From: Octopus sinensis
Taxonomy: Eukaryota
Direction: 5' to 3'
Assembly (NCBI RefSeq): GCF_006345805.1
Contig: NC_043002.1
Span: 98,642,001 to 98,706,000, forward strand
Length of the DNA stretch: 64,000 nucleotides
Numbering within the stretch: position 1 is the first letter of the stretch; each line of letters starts with the position of its first letter. The position numbers were made by a program, and so were the translations under genes. This document shows positions 1 through 13,932 of the stretch, piece after piece. The notes under the pieces are model-generated. The model had not been told where the DNA came from. It ran no database searches and worked only from the letters and a program-made list of their open reading frames with translations.

Positions 1-418
1 TTATATTGCATGTTCCGATGACCTCTACTCAACTCCCTGACATCTAGACTTCTCCTTCTATATCTACGTATTGGGCTAACCTACTTCATCGTCTGGGGGC
101 GTCGACACAACAAATAATGGCACTAATCATGACTATAATATTAAAAAAAAAAATTGCATTGAAGAGCTTACAATGATCTGTTTCTAGACTAAGTTGTACA
201 AAGAGATAACACTCTATGAAAATCAATCTCAAGCTTATGTTGATGATGATGAACTATGAGACAGGAGATAGTGTTCCTCATCCTGCAAGAAACCTTTATC
301 CTCCACCACTCTTCACATATAGTCAATATCTTTTGTAATAAGAATGCATACATATTGTACTATTTCATTTTTGAATTTGGTTTGCAAGATTCTTTATGTG
401 AATTCGTTTGTTGGGGCA

Positions 419-567
419 TATTTTATTGTGTTCTGAAGAGTGTCATTTTGTTTTAATGCCTTATTAATTAACACACTCACTGGTTTGATTTCTACTCATT
501 TACTTATTGTTATTGTTTATTAGTAAGGCATTAAAACAGAACGACTCTCCCCGGACACAATAAAATA
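419..567. mobile_element. Small foldback/MITE remnant
   Basis: About 55-bp imperfect inverted arms (tattttattgtg...aatgccttattaa / ttagtaaggcatt...cacaataaaata). Confidence 0.55.
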
Positions 568-661
568 CTGTACTATATATGTTTAGAAATTGTTACCTAT
601 TTAAATAAAAGTGGTTGTTTTTTGAAAAGTCCATTGGAATGCATTCTCATTTTACAATAAT

Positions 662-1058
662 GTGGCTGTGTGGTAAGTAGCTTGCTAACCAACCACATGG
701 TTCCGGGTTCAATCCCACTGCGTGGCATCTTGGGCAAGTGTCTTCTGCTATAGCCCCGGGCCGACCAATGCCTTGAGTGGATTTGGTAGACGGAAACTGA
801 AAGAAGCCTGTCGTATATATGTATATATATGTGAGTGTGTGTGTATATGTTTGTGTGTCTGTGTTTGTCCCCCTAGCATTGCTTGACAACCGATGCTGGT
901 GTGTTTACGTCCCCGTCACTTAGCGGTTCGGCAAAAGAGACCGATAGAATAAGTACTGGGCTTACAAAAAATAAGTCCCGGGGTCGATTTGCTCGACTAA
1001 AGGTGGTGCTCCAGCATGGCCGCAGTCAAATGACTAAAACAAGTAAAGAGTAAAGAGT
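662..1058 (+). mobile_element. SINE family A (tRNA-like head, CORE-like cttgggcaagt, internal microsatellite, (AAAGAGT)n tail)
   Basis: About 400-bp element with 13 or more similar copies in the window. Confidence 0.85.
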
Positions 1059-1655
1059 CATGTAAGTACCATTTAACGAGGATAATTTATAGCTAGCTTC
1101 TTACAGTGATACTACCTGCCTTGAATGAATGAGTCAGCCTTTGAGTTTCAGACACATCTGAGCACTACTTTGTGACCATCTAGACTATGCTTGCTTTAGT
1201 GTTCTTGAGCACACTCTATGTGTGTGTGTGTGTATATGTCTGTGGGTGTGGATCTTGTTTCTGTGTACAGACACACATACATGCAAGTTTAAAGCTGTTT
1301 TATGATCATTGTGCTGCCAGGAGGCAGAGTATATTGATCTACTCATTTCAGTCAATCATGTTGAAAATAGATGTCATTCTTATTTCATGGTTGAATGAAT
1401 AACTTATTAAGTAAGACTTCTTGCTGTGGAAAAAAGAAATGAAGAAATTGGAAAAACAAACATTCAGTTCTGATATAATGAATTCGGGAAAAATTTTTTT
1501 AATTTGTGAAATGGATAAAAACCAATAAAATGAAGTGACAAAAGGAATTCTGAGAAAGATATATGACAAATTTTTACAGTATTCTAATGAATTCTTTAAT
1601 GATCTTCAGATGTGAATAGTGATGGGGAAGGGGGAGAAAAAGAGAGAGAGAGATA

Positions 1656-2052
1656 TCTTTATATATAAAAGTGAAGTTGTGTGTCTGTCTCCTACGATTT
1701 AGATTCTTAACTACTCCCACATTTTGCGATGCAGTTTAACCAAAACCGGGTATCTTATAGTCGTGATTCATATCGAGCCCTTCTGGGTATTAGCGTGTGT
1801 CTACGATGAGTCTACGATTTAAAAAAAAATTTACCATCATTTTTTTTCCATTTTAATGCATTTTTTCGCTATTATATAAGGGAAGTAACTCTCTAAAAAT
1901 GTCTACGATGAGTCAGCGATTTAAAAAAAAATTTACTATAATTTTTTTCCATTTTTAATGCATTTTTTGCAATTTTTTGGCTATAACTCTCTAAAAATGC
2001 TTATATAGTTATTTCCCTTACAAACCCGAGCAACGCCGGGCGATACTGCTAG
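1656..2052 (+). mobile_element. Non-autonomous Helitron
   Basis: A|TC 5' end, subterminal hairpin cccgagcaacgccggg, CTAG|T 3' end, internal duplication, no TSD. Confidence 0.8.
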
Positions 2053-2127
2053 TGTCTTTATAACTTATCTAATACTTTTCAGTTGCAACTTTGCTAAGGT
2101 TCTTTGTTTTGGTTTCCAATTCTACAG

Positions 2128-2264
2128 TATGTGTCTTCAGGCCCGGGATCCCTATTGTGCATGGAATAAAATAAACAAGACTTGTGCAACACCACCGGTC
2201 AACCAGTTAGAGACTCTCTTTTGGCTTCAGGATATCACATCATGTCCTGTTCTGGAGACACCAG
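2128..2264 (+). CDS. SEMA5: Semaphorin-5-like internal exon, PSI domain
   Basis: tctacAG acceptor, GTaaac donor, 137 nt, phase 2 to 1. Reads MCLQARDPYCAWNKINKTCATPPVNQLETLFWLQDITSCPVLETP: the semaphorin PSI motif C..A.DPYC.W, plus the W.Q.I..CP segment that precedes TSP1-1 in Sema5. Confidence 0.93.
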
Positions 2265-2575
2265 GTAAACTGCATTTTGACTTTATTCCGAAATGAAATA
2301 AATATCTACATGTATATATATATACTTTGATCTAACCTAATGTTTCTACTGACATTTATTTACACTATTTTTAAGTGCAAGCATAATATAGTTGCAGGTA
2401 TGGTTGTATGGTTAAGAAGTTCACTTCTCAACTGTGTGGCTTCAGTTTCAGTTTTACAGCATGGTATTTTGGGCAAGTGTCTTCTAATATATAGCCCTTA
2501 GCTGACCAATGTCTTGTGAAAGAGTATGGTAGGCAGAAATGAAAATGGCCTATTGCACACACACACACACATATA

Positions 2576-2654
<79 letters not shown>

Positions 2655-3069
2655 CACACACATACATATATATTTTCTTTTTGAAAATCTGATGAAGCAC
2701 TAGCATAATACACAAACACTCAACTGTAAGTGCATTGCATCTTATATAGCAGAAACTACTGTGAGCTAATGGAGTTCACTATGTAATTTTTTGTTCCTTT
2801 GTTATTTATTTAATTCTTTATTATATTCTGTACTTGATTAACACTGTTTATGTATATATATGAGTGAGTTGACATACAAAAGAAAGTGGTATTCAACATG
2901 TTTGGCAGGAGTTACATTAATAACTTAAACAGTTTGATTTTGCTCCATGCAGCTTGAAGTTTCGTAAGCTTGCAGATCAAATGTACTAATCTTTATTTTG
3001 CATGGAGCTAAGTACAACTGTTATTAAATAATATATATATACACACACACATATGGGTGTGTGTGTATA

Positions 3070-3202
3070 CTAGGTTGAGGAAAAAGTTTGTGTGTTGTGA
3101 GTCACCATTGAACATGAAATGAACTGGATGAATACACACACCACAAAAATATATAATAAAGCATTATTTTAACACAGTGCACAAACTTTTTCCTCGACCT
3201 AA
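3070..3202. mobile_element. Tc1/mariner-type MITE
   Basis: TIRs taggttgaggaaaaagtttgtg / cacaaactttttcctcgaccta flanked by TA. Confidence 0.7.
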
Positions 3203-3206
3203 TATA

Positions 3207-3244
<38 letters not shown>

Positions 3245-3628
3245 CTGTATATTAACATATATCTTGTAGCAGTTGTTGACAAGTTAACTATCGATAGACT
3301 GGAGAAGATTTATTATTAGTTGTCAAATGAGATATATATATTAAAAAGTTAATAAAAACAAAAGGTGCATTAAAAAGTTACACCTTCATATATGCAAAAA
3401 AAAAAAAAGACAAACTAATACAGATGTTCATAATTTAATTCCATAACAGCTTTTGTTAATCATGCTTGATATTTCAAATGGTATTCTTTTATGAGAAGAA
3501 TGTGCTAAAATTGAAGGCTTTTATGAATTCTAAACATTCTTTGTGTTTCAATAACATTATTATTGCATGTAAATAATTAGAGAATCTGGAAGTTGTTGCT
3601 AGATTTGAATAACTTATATATTATGTGG

Positions 3629-3858
3629 GTGTCGAGCTGGCAGAAACGGTAGCACGCCGGGCAAAATGCGAAGCCGTATTTCATCTGCCGTTACGTTCTG
3701 AGTTCAAATTCCGCCGAGGTTGACTTTGCCTTTCATCCTTTCAGGGTCGATAAATTAAGTACCAGTTATGCACTGGGGGCGATGGAATCAACTTAATCGC
3801 TTTGTCTGTCCTTGTTTGTCCCCTCTATGTTTGGCCCCTTGTGGGTAGTAAAGAAATA
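3629..3858 (+). mobile_element. SINE family B (tRNA-like head, Nin/Deu-like gcctttcatcctttc..ggtcgataaa..aagtaccag)
   Basis: About 230-bp multicopy element; TSD tatatattatgtgggtgt. Confidence 0.85.
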
Positions 3859-4420
3859 TATATATTATGTGGGTGTAGGCATGGCTGTGTGATTAAGAAA
3901 TTTCCTTCACAATATGGTTTCCGGTTCTGTACTTACATGTGATATCTTGGTCAAGTCCCTTCTCCTATTGCTGTGACTCTCCCAGTATCTTGTGATGAAT
4001 TTACTGGACAGAAACTATATTAAGATCATTGTGTGAGTGCACACGTTTGTGTGTGTGCATACACACGTGTGTATGACAGCACTTATATATTGACATCTAA
4101 CTTGTCACTATGTGAAATGAAGTGGTGCTGATGTTAATATTCCTAGTTTGTGTTATGGCTGGTTGTTCTGTGCTTTTGAAGACCTTTGGATTATAAGAAT
4201 GCCTTACCTCAAAAACAGGTGAAGGTTGGTGATAGGAAGAACATCCAATTGTAAAAATCCGACCTAAAATAACTTCATATAACTTATGAAAGTATGGTAA
4301 AGAAGATGTTGAGAAAAAAAATGTAGTTTTTGTATTTAGTTTGCTAGATTTTTGATGTAGGAAAATCTGATATTATTTTTGCACCAAACATACACTTGAT
4401 AACACAGCCATGCCTGCACC

Positions 4421-4900
4421 TCATCATCATCATCTAACGTCCGCTTTCCATGCTAGCATGGGTTGGACGATTTGACTGAGTACTGGCGAACCAGATGGCT
4501 GCACCAGGCTCCAGTCTGATCTGGCAGTGTTTCTACAACTGGATGCTCTTCCTAACGCCAACCACTCTGAGAGTGTAGTGGGTGCTTTTATATGTCACTG
4601 GCACGAGGGCCAGTCAGGTGGTACTGGCAATGGTCATGCTCAAATGGTGTTTTTTACATACCACCTGCACAGGAGCCAGTCCAGGGGCACTGGCAACAAC
4701 CTCGCTCGAATGTTTTTTCATGTGCCACTGGCACAAGTGCCAGTAAGGCGACGCTGGTAATGATCACGCTGAAATGATACTTTTTATGTGTCACTGGAAT
4801 GGAAGCCAGTTGGCTGCTCTGGCAATGATCCTGCTTGGATGGTGCTCTTAACGCTCCACTAGCACGGATGCCAGTCATCAAATTTGATTTCGATTTACCT
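4421..4900 (-). mobile_element. Retroelement family D ((GAT)n-tailed, modular 5' part)
   Basis: On the minus strand shares the gtggttggcgttaggaag.gcatccag...aacccatgctagcatggaaagcggacg body with 6 other copies. Confidence 0.75.
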
Positions 4901-5293
4901 CTGTGTGTGTGTGTGTATAAATCAAAGTATACAGTATTATGGATCAATTACAGCTGGTCTTACCAACCAGTTTCATGCTGGATATTAGGTAAATGGATGA
5001 TTACCTAATAAAATACACTCATCATAGATGGCAGGTCTGGAATAAAAAGTGATGGCTGTTCTCTATTACTACAGTTGAGGAAGTGTTACATCCAGTTTAC
5101 AGAGAGCAGTCACCATTCTTTTCACTTCTGTCATCTTTGATGATAGTACTATATTATATAATCATCCAAATAACTAATATCCAGTATGAAACTCAGCTGT
5201 GATTGAGATACTGTGAACTTTGGTTTGTATACCCACCCTACTGACTAATATATGAATTCCTATTTTCTTTGATTTATGGATTCTTAGTCAGCT

Positions 5294-5324
<31 letters not shown>

Positions 5325-5327
5325 CTG

Positions 5328-5557
5328 TTTCTTTATTACCCGCAAGGGGCTAAACATAGAGGGGACAAACAAGGACAGACAAACGGATTAAGTCGATTAC
5401 ATCGACCCCAGTGCGTAACTGGTACTTAATTTATCGACCCCGAAAGGATGAAAGGCAAAGTCGACCTCGGCGGAATTTGAACTCAGAACGTAACGGCAGC
5501 CGAAATATGGCTACACATTTCGCCCGGCATGCTAACGGTTCAGCCAGCTTGCCACCT
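5328..5557 (-). mobile_element. SINE family B
   Basis: Reverse complement of the family B consensus. Confidence 0.85.
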
Positions 5558-5575
5558 TTATATATATATATATAT

Positions 5576-5845
5576 ATCATCATCATCATCATCGTTTAGC
5601 ATCCGCTTTCCATGCTGGCATGGGTTGGACGGTTCAACTGGGGTCTGGGAAGCCAGAAGGCTGCACCAGGCCCAGTCTGATCTGGCAATGTTTCTATGGC
5701 TGGATGCCCTTCCTAACGCCAACCACTCCATGAGTGTAGTGGGTGCTTTTTACATGCCAGACGGGGCTGGCAAACAGCCAGGATAGGATGGTGCTTTTTA
5801 TGTGCCACCAGCACGGAGGCCAGGCGAGGCTGGCAATGGCACCTC
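5576..5845 (-). mobile_element. Retroelement family D
   Basis: (CAT)n tail plus family D body. Confidence 0.75.
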
Positions 5846-6030
5846 AAGCTGAATCTTATTATTCTGAGTTGCACAATTAGCATTCTGTTGCCAAGCATTA
5901 AACTTGAAAGTGGTTGCAGTAGTGTCTTGGCTTCCATTAAATATATAAATAAGCTGTACATCATGTATTTTGTACTTTTTATCATGCCTCTTTCTTTTAA
6001 ACATATCTTCTTTCTCTTTCTCTTTTGTAG

Positions 6031-6198
6031 TTGATGGACAGTGGTCACCTTGGTCACAGTGGTTGCAATGTCGAATTGTAGGACCTGATCGTCTCGGTGA
6101 TGACTGCTGGTGTCGCACTCGTACTTGTGACAACCCAGCTCCCCGACTGGGTGGCAGAGATTGTGTTGGTGACACAGTTGAAGTGTCCAACTGTACCA
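6031..6198 (+). CDS. SEMA5: Semaphorin-5-like exon, TSP1 repeat 1
   Basis: Polypyrimidine tract + gtAG, donor GTAAGT, 168 nt, phase 1-1. Reads (V)DGQWSPWSQWLQCRIVGPDRLGDDCWCRTRTCDNPAPRLGGRDCVGDTVEVSNCT, matching the atypical first TSR of Sema5 (C.CRTR.CD.PAP..GG..C). Confidence 0.95.
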
Positions 6199-6200
6199 GT

Positions 6201-6235
<35 letters not shown>

Positions 6236-6674
6236 CACCGGTTCATGAGTAAATGCACACTGACATACGCATACAGACATCCAAATATATATATTCATAC
6301 ATTTTGCACACACACACATGTGTGTGTGTGTGGTAAGTGGAGACATATGAACCCCACAAGAAACATTTTAATTCATCTAATTAACCCATTTATTCGCCGA
6401 AAGTGATCTACAACTAATTATAAATTAATTGAATGTGTGTGTGTGCGTGCGTGTGTGTGTATTTGTGAAATGATAAAACCAAATACTATTATTTCCTCTG
6501 CTTACTTTCACACTTTGGTAAAGGCATTTTCATGCTGAACTATCAGAATGTTTTTTTTTTTTTTTGTTTTTGAAGTGAAGGGTATGCTCTTTGTCTTTTA
6601 TTATTTTTCATTTAACATTTCAACAAATTTTTTTTACAATGTCTCTGCATTTATATATATATATATATATATAT

Positions 6675-6912
6675 ATTTCTTTATTGCCCACAAAGGGGCT
6701 AAACATAGAGGGGGACAAACAAGGACAGACAAAGGGATTAAGTCGATTACATCAACCCCAGTGCAAAACTGGTACTTTATTTATTTATCGACCCCGAAAG
6801 GATGAAAGGTAAAGTCGACCTTGGCTGAATTTGAACTCAGAACGTAGCGACAGACGAAATACCGCTAAGCATTTCACCCGATGCGCTAACGTGTCTGCCA
6901 GCTCGCCGCCTT
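6675..6912 (-). mobile_element. SINE family B
   Basis: Full-length reverse copy. Confidence 0.85.
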
Positions 6913-6913
6913 C

Positions 6914-7078
6914 ATTTATATATATATATATATATATGTATGTCTATGTATGTATGAATGTAGGTATGTATGTATTTGTGTATGTATGTGTATAAATGAA
7001 TGTATGTATATATGTCTATATATATATATACATGCATATATGTATATGTATGTATATACATATATATACACATACACA

Positions 7079-7140
<62 letters not shown>

Positions 7141-7474
7141 GTTGTATATGATGATTTATGTGTGTATCAAATTGGCAGAGTCATTAGCACATATGACAGA
7201 GTGCCTTTCTGTATTTATGCTTGTTTGTTGTACTCTAAGGCAACTCTGCTTTTCATCCTTTTGAGTGTGGGCTCAAGGGGTCAATTCATCTTCTCTTCCT
7301 CTGTCTTCCTCTTTGGAAGATCTCTGTTTTAGTCAGACAGAGAGAAGGATTGTCTCATCCAAGATTTAAAAGTGCTCAAAGACATATGTCTCAACACAGC
7401 CCCTCCAACTCATTCTGGAGTTATGGGCTCCAAAGAAAGTATATATATATATACACACACACACATATATATAT

Positions 7475-7507
<33 letters not shown>

Positions 7508-7529
7508 CATATATGCATACAAGCATACA

Positions 7530-7560
<31 letters not shown>

Positions 7561-8113
7561 CATACATACATACATAAGTACTAAAGAGAAAAGGTTTGTG
7601 TGTGTGTTTGTATATGCAGACACACAGAAGCATGTACACACTGTGTGGGTGTGTAAATATATATATATATATGCAATTATATATGTATATACCAACAAAC
7701 ACACACATATATTCATGCATATGCAGTGTCACATGTGCACTTACATGTATGGATAAATACATACCACATAACCATATGCATAACTACGCTTAGTTATACG
7801 TTCACAAATACACACGGTCCACCATACATACACCCATAGACACATGTGGGTGTGTAAACACACTCTTACAATGAGATATGGCTTTCTATACACAAAGAGA
7901 TATTTTACAATCATGAATGGTTTTACATTTGAAATTCCAGCCGTCTGCAGACAGCTGGAGGAATGTTTGACAAATTTGAAACAATAAACAGTTCCCATAT
8001 ACAGAGTGACTCTTGCTCAAACATGGATACTACAATTACCCATTCACTTACTGTCACATTTATGTATGCATACTTGTAAGTATAAGGCACATAAGTGTAT
8101 GTGTATATATGTA

Positions 8114-8173
<60 letters not shown>

Positions 8174-8644
8174 CATGCATGTTTGTACATATATATATGT
8201 ATGTATGTATGTTGTATGTACATATACATATCTATGTTTATATAATATGTATGTACATATACGTATCTATGTATATATATATACATATATAATTATATTT
8301 GTATATATATATATATATATACGTATGTTATTATATTGTATGTATGTATATATATATTATGTATATATACATTATATATTATATATATATATGTATATAT
8401 TATGTATATATGTATATATATGAATGTATATGTGTGTATGTATATGTGTGTATGTATATATATGTATGTATGTAAATATGCATGTATGTATATGTGTGTG
8501 TATATATATATATATGTATTTATATATATGTATGTATATATATGTATATAAGTATGTATGTGTATATATATATATGCATGTGTATGTAAATATATGTATG
8601 TATATATATAAGTATGTATGTATGTGTATATATATGCATGTGTA

Positions 8645-8693
<49 letters not shown>

Positions 8694-8911
8694 GTAATTT
8701 ACAAAAAAGCAAACAAAACAAAAGAGGGAGACAGGTCCGTAAATAACAATCAGATGTATTGGTTTAATGCTTTAGAAGCGAGACAGTCTTTTACGTTTCA
8801 AGCCTATGCTCTTCAAGAGAAAGGAACACAGGAATAAATAGGGTTAGTGGCTAGTGATCAATCGAGTTATATATATATATGTATATAAGTAATATATAAT
8901 ATATATATATA

Positions 8912-8954
<43 letters not shown>

Positions 8955-9141
8955 TATGTATATGTGTGTGTGTGTATCTATGTATATATATGTGTGTGTA
9001 ATATATATATGTGATATAATGTAATATAATATATATATATGTGTGTGTGTGTGTATATATATGTATATATATATATGTGTGTGTATATATATTCTGTATA
9101 TACACACATATATATGTGGTGGTATATATTATATATATTAT

Positions 9142-9173
<32 letters not shown>

Positions 9174-9260
9174 TCAAGTGTGTGTGTTTATGTATATGTA
9201 TATGTGTGGTGGTATCTATGTATATATATGTGTGTGTATATATATATATATATATATACA

Positions 9261-9296
<36 letters not shown>

Positions 9297-9405
9297 TGTG
9301 TGTATATATATATGTGTGTATATATATGTGTGTGTGTGTATATTATATATATGTTATATAGATGTGTGTGTATATATATATGTAATATATACACCAATAT
9401 ATATA

Positions 9406-9445
<40 letters not shown>

Positions 9446-9460
9446 AAGAGAGAGAGAGAG
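6914..9460. repeat. Compound (TA)/(TG)/(CA)/(TATG) microsatellite fields
   Basis: Several blocks of hundreds of bp of low-complexity sequence; source of the YIYI/CVCV ORFs. Confidence 0.9.
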
Positions 9461-9985
9461 TCAAGTAAAATTCAAAAATCAAATCACAATCAAATGTAAA
9501 TTGTAGCTGTGGCTGATTCCAGTGCTGCATGACTGGCTCTCATACTCATGGCATGCAATAAGAACCATTCATGCTTGGGTCATTGCCAGTTCCACCTGAG
9601 TAGCTCCCCGTGCTGGGCATCCAGCTATAGAAACATTGCCAAAGATGATGTACACTCATAAACACCCACTCATACATGACAATACATAGATATTCACAAG
9701 GGCACATACACACACACACACTCACTCGTGTTAAAACATACATTCACATGCACAATGATACACACTGCTACACGTTTGCATACACTTGCAGAGGCAGAGG
9801 GACATGTATTCATAAGCACACATAGTACACAGACATACAAACATAACCACAGAAATAGACTCACACATACATAAGAAGACATACATAACACACATAATGT
9901 AAGGAATACCACAATCAGTGCTGGAGAAACTTCTACATATGTATACATACACACTCTTACAACCCCACTCATACTCTTATATATC

Positions 9986-10021
<36 letters not shown>

Positions 10022-10042
10022 ACACACATGCATACATATACC

Positions 10043-10274
10043 TATTTCTTTACTACCCACAAGGGGCTAAACACAGAGAGGACAAACAAGGACAGACAAA
10101 CGGATTAAGTCGATTACATCGACCCCAGTTCGTAACTGGTACTTAATTTATCGACCCCGAAAGGATGAAAGGCAAAGTCGACCTCGGCAGAATTTGAACT
10201 CAGAACGTAATGGCAGACAAAATACGGCTACGCATTTCGCCCGGTGTGCTAACGTTTCTGTCAGCTCACTGCCT
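10043..10274 (-). mobile_element. SINE family B
   Basis: Full-length reverse copy; TSD-like atgcatac(a/g)tatacc. Confidence 0.85.
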
Positions 10275-12473
10275 TGTATGCATACGTATACCACTTGCAC
10301 ATTGCATCTCACAAATTCACACATCATCAATAACATTGTTATTACCATTACCAGCAGTACACGAACAATAATAACATTGCTACTTTCATTTACCTTATCA
10401 TTCTCACTCGTGAATACATACAACTGCAGGTGTCCCAGCCACCTCCTCATTCCCCCCATTGCCTGTCCTGGTGGTGCTGCAAACATGTATGACTGTTTGA
10501 CGAAGTCAACAGGGCCTCAGATTATAGAAACACAGCAATGTATGTTTAGTCTGAAAGATTTACTTGTGATTTGTTGACGCCAGCATTTCAAGCATCACAT
10601 AACTACGCGGCCTGTCTAAGGTACCTTTTTGACAAATCTTGCCTCTAGCAACCACATCTCATCCATTGTCAAGCATAGTTTGCAAAGAATTAGCTGATAA
10701 ATTTCTTTGAATGTTTGGGAAATTTGAAATTTAGATTTTAAATGATTGCCAGGCTGACTGTAGAAAGGCAGTAGTATTGTTTCCTTACTTTGATGGTGCC
10801 TTGTGATAAATTATCATCATTATCATCATTATCATCATCATGGTTTTGTACTTGTGCTGTGGTGCACCTGCACACTCAACTCTGTTGTCCACACACTGTC
10901 AAAATGAAGCATGTTTTCTTAAATGTTTTTTTAAAGTGGAAAAGTAGTGTTGCTAATCTCAAAAGCCATGTTTACAGAGCATTTGAGACTAGTGGGAATG
11001 AAGACAGGAAGAGTTTTTCCTCAAACTGAAGACCTAGCCCAAATGCTTCCAGCAGAGTGAACTTTGTTAAAAGTACCCAAAATACCAGGTGGTGTGGATG
11101 GGGGATTAACCCTAATATCCAAATAGTCCATTGAAGAATTTGAACTCGGTACACAAATACTAATAGAGCATCAGGCCAAATCACTACAAGTTCTGAGCTC
11201 AAATCTCACCAGAGTCAACTCTGCCTTTTATCTTTTTGAGATCAATAAAACAAAACACCAGTCAAGTACTGGGGTTGATTTAATCAACAGATGCTGGTGC
11301 CTCCCTAAGTTTGCCAAAAAGAGACCAATTCGAAATGCATCTTCTTTAAGAATCTTAAATGAATTTCTCAACATTTCAAAAACAGTTGAGGTTATAAATC
11401 CAAATGATTACAATATTCCTATGAGGAGCAGTGACGGAACTAATTTTTGAGAAGCTTTGTATCTATTTCCAAGTCAACAGAAAAGAAAAGAACCTTTCAT
11501 GTTCTGAGTTCAAATATTGCTAAGGTCACCTTTGTCTTTCATCCTTTTAGGAGTGATAAACTAAAGTATTAGTCAAGTACTGGGGCTGATTTAATATTCC
11601 TATAAGGTATCACAGATGTGAATGGAATTAAAATAGAAGACTAAAACTTGTATCCTTATTTATGAGTGAGATAATAATATTTGTTATAAAAATGCTTTAT
11701 TGAGATACAGCTGGAAAAATTAGATTAAAACAAAGAATTGGTCATTTATGAAGAATAAGCCACGTTCGTGACACTTTTATGTTTTCTAAGATTGAAAGAT
11801 AAGTATGATTGGGTAAGATGTGTGAAGCTGATATTTCATGTTGAAATGTTCCAGATTAGTAGTGAAAGTCATAAGATGAACAGAATGGGAGTCATACGAG
11901 TATAGAATTATTGGGAGAACTGCAAGAGAAAAGTTAATAAAAGATGGGAGCTAAAAGATGAGATAAAATGAAAAGTAATACTTTGAGAAGAGGTAAAAAA
12001 TATTCCCCCGTATTGCTACCTACCAACGTTTTCTCTATTTACCAATGAACCAACCACTTTATTTATTTATTTAGCTACTTAACTAAATGATAAAGAAAAA
12101 TACTAACATCTGGAGAAAACTAGTGATGGTTTGTGTCAGAAAAATAAATGAAACAAAATTAATGGAATTTGTAAAATAAAATATGTGTATGGTGCAGTGA
12201 GGTGAGTCTTGACATTTTGGGCAGAGAAGCAATGAAGAGCATCTTTCCTAGCTGTAAATAAATTCATTTCACCTCTCAGCACATAATCTTTTATCTTCTT
12301 TCACTGAGTTTACTTACCTAAATAGTTATGTATCTGTTTATCTGTGTATGGAAAAATCTACTTATCTGTCTGTTCTTCTATTTGTTTCAGTCATTGAGCT
12401 ATGGCCATGCTGGGGCACTGCCTTCAAGTGTTTGTTAAAATTTATTCTGTTGTTGATGCCAGTGCTGTGTCTG

Positions 12474-12838
12474 TTATTACCTCTGCCTTCGCGAAGGCAG
12501 AGGTATTGTTTCCAGTCGTGTTTGTTTGTCTGTGGACAAGATATCTCAAGAACCGCTTGATGGATTCGGATGAAACTTTCAGGGATGTTTGGCATCATGA
12601 CTGGCATGAACTGATTAGATTTTGGGATCGATCTAGTATCAGACAGGTGTTCTGGATTATTTATCCTGTTATTTTACTTAATTTTTGAGAGCGGTCGGGT
12701 TCATTTTTAGTATTCTCGTTTGTGAGAGAGAGCAGTTAAGTTTATTTCAGGCATTCACATTTTAAAAATCATCTCGGCTAATCGTTGAGAGGACATTGGT
12801 GTTGTCTTGGCAGAGGTTTGCACTCTCCGAGTGCTCTT
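12474..12838 (+). mobile_element. Helentron-associated non-autonomous element (HINE/DINE-1-like)
   Basis: TT-attacctctgcc subTIR with adjacent inverted copy ggcagaggta, GTTT/GTCT microsatellite, 3' ggcagaggt followed by hairpin gcactc-tcc-gagtgc. Confidence 0.75.
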
Positions 12839-13932
12839 GCTATTTTGTCATTTGTTTTTCTTTAATCAGTGTCTGTTAATTGGCTGAGTTCACTTATTGA
12901 AGTAGGTCTCTTTAAGTAGTTTCCTTCTCTTCGGAAGTAAATATGCTGAATAATTTACACATATTCACAGCAAGATACACAGATACAGTTTCTCTTCACC
13001 AAATTTTATTGACAGGGCATTGGTCACTCTCAGGCTACGGTAAAAGACAATGTCTTGTAGGATTGAACATGAGTCCAATGTGATTGCTTAAACATACAGG
13101 GATATCTACAGCATCATCATTGTTGTTTTAACATCCACTTTTCCATTGAAATCAGACAGAATTTGCTAATGAGGTTTTCTGTTGCTTTCCTGTTGCCAAA
13201 AACTCATTTGTTTCCAAGTAAAGTAACACATTCCTGTACAAAGGATTCTGCTTTATGACAGTGATGCTTGTTTACAATTATTGCATGATGTCCATACAAG
13301 GTGATACACATACACAGATACACATTACACATGTTTGTGTGTTTAAGCAGTGGTGTGGTTGAAAAGCATTTTCCCTAACCATGTGCTTTTGGGTATAGTC
13401 CCACAGTGCCGCACCTTAGGTGTCTTCTGCTGTAACCTTGGGCCAATCAAAGCCTTGTGAGTGGATTTGATAGATGTGTGTGTATCTGTGTTTATATATA
13501 TCTTTGTATATACATCATGTAATGATTGTAAATGAGTGTCATCATAAAACAAGTGAGATTGCTTGTTTCCAGTCTTCTGTGAAAGCATGTTTAACTATAA
13601 GAAAGTATTATATTACTTGGAGATAGGTGGGTGTTGGTAACATGAAGGACATCTGACTATAAAATATCTGTCTCAAAGAAATGATATCTGATCCATGCTA
13701 GTGTGGCAAAGTGGATATTAGATGATAACGATAATTATGTGCATATATATGACTGGCTTCTTTCAGTTTCCATCTACCATATCTACTTATGAGGCCATAG
13801 CAGAGAACACTTTTCCGAGTGGAGCAGAACACAAAACCATGTTATTACATAGTAAACTCTATCCAGAAATCTAAGCCTGTATCAATATCATTACAAATTA
13901 GTATTTTTTTTTTGTCTTCATATTAGGAGTGG

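Noticed and set aside
6912-9468. Many [12 protein letters not shown] ORFs (also at 33.5-34.5 kb and elsewhere)
   Set aside because: They are translations of dinucleotide microsatellites.
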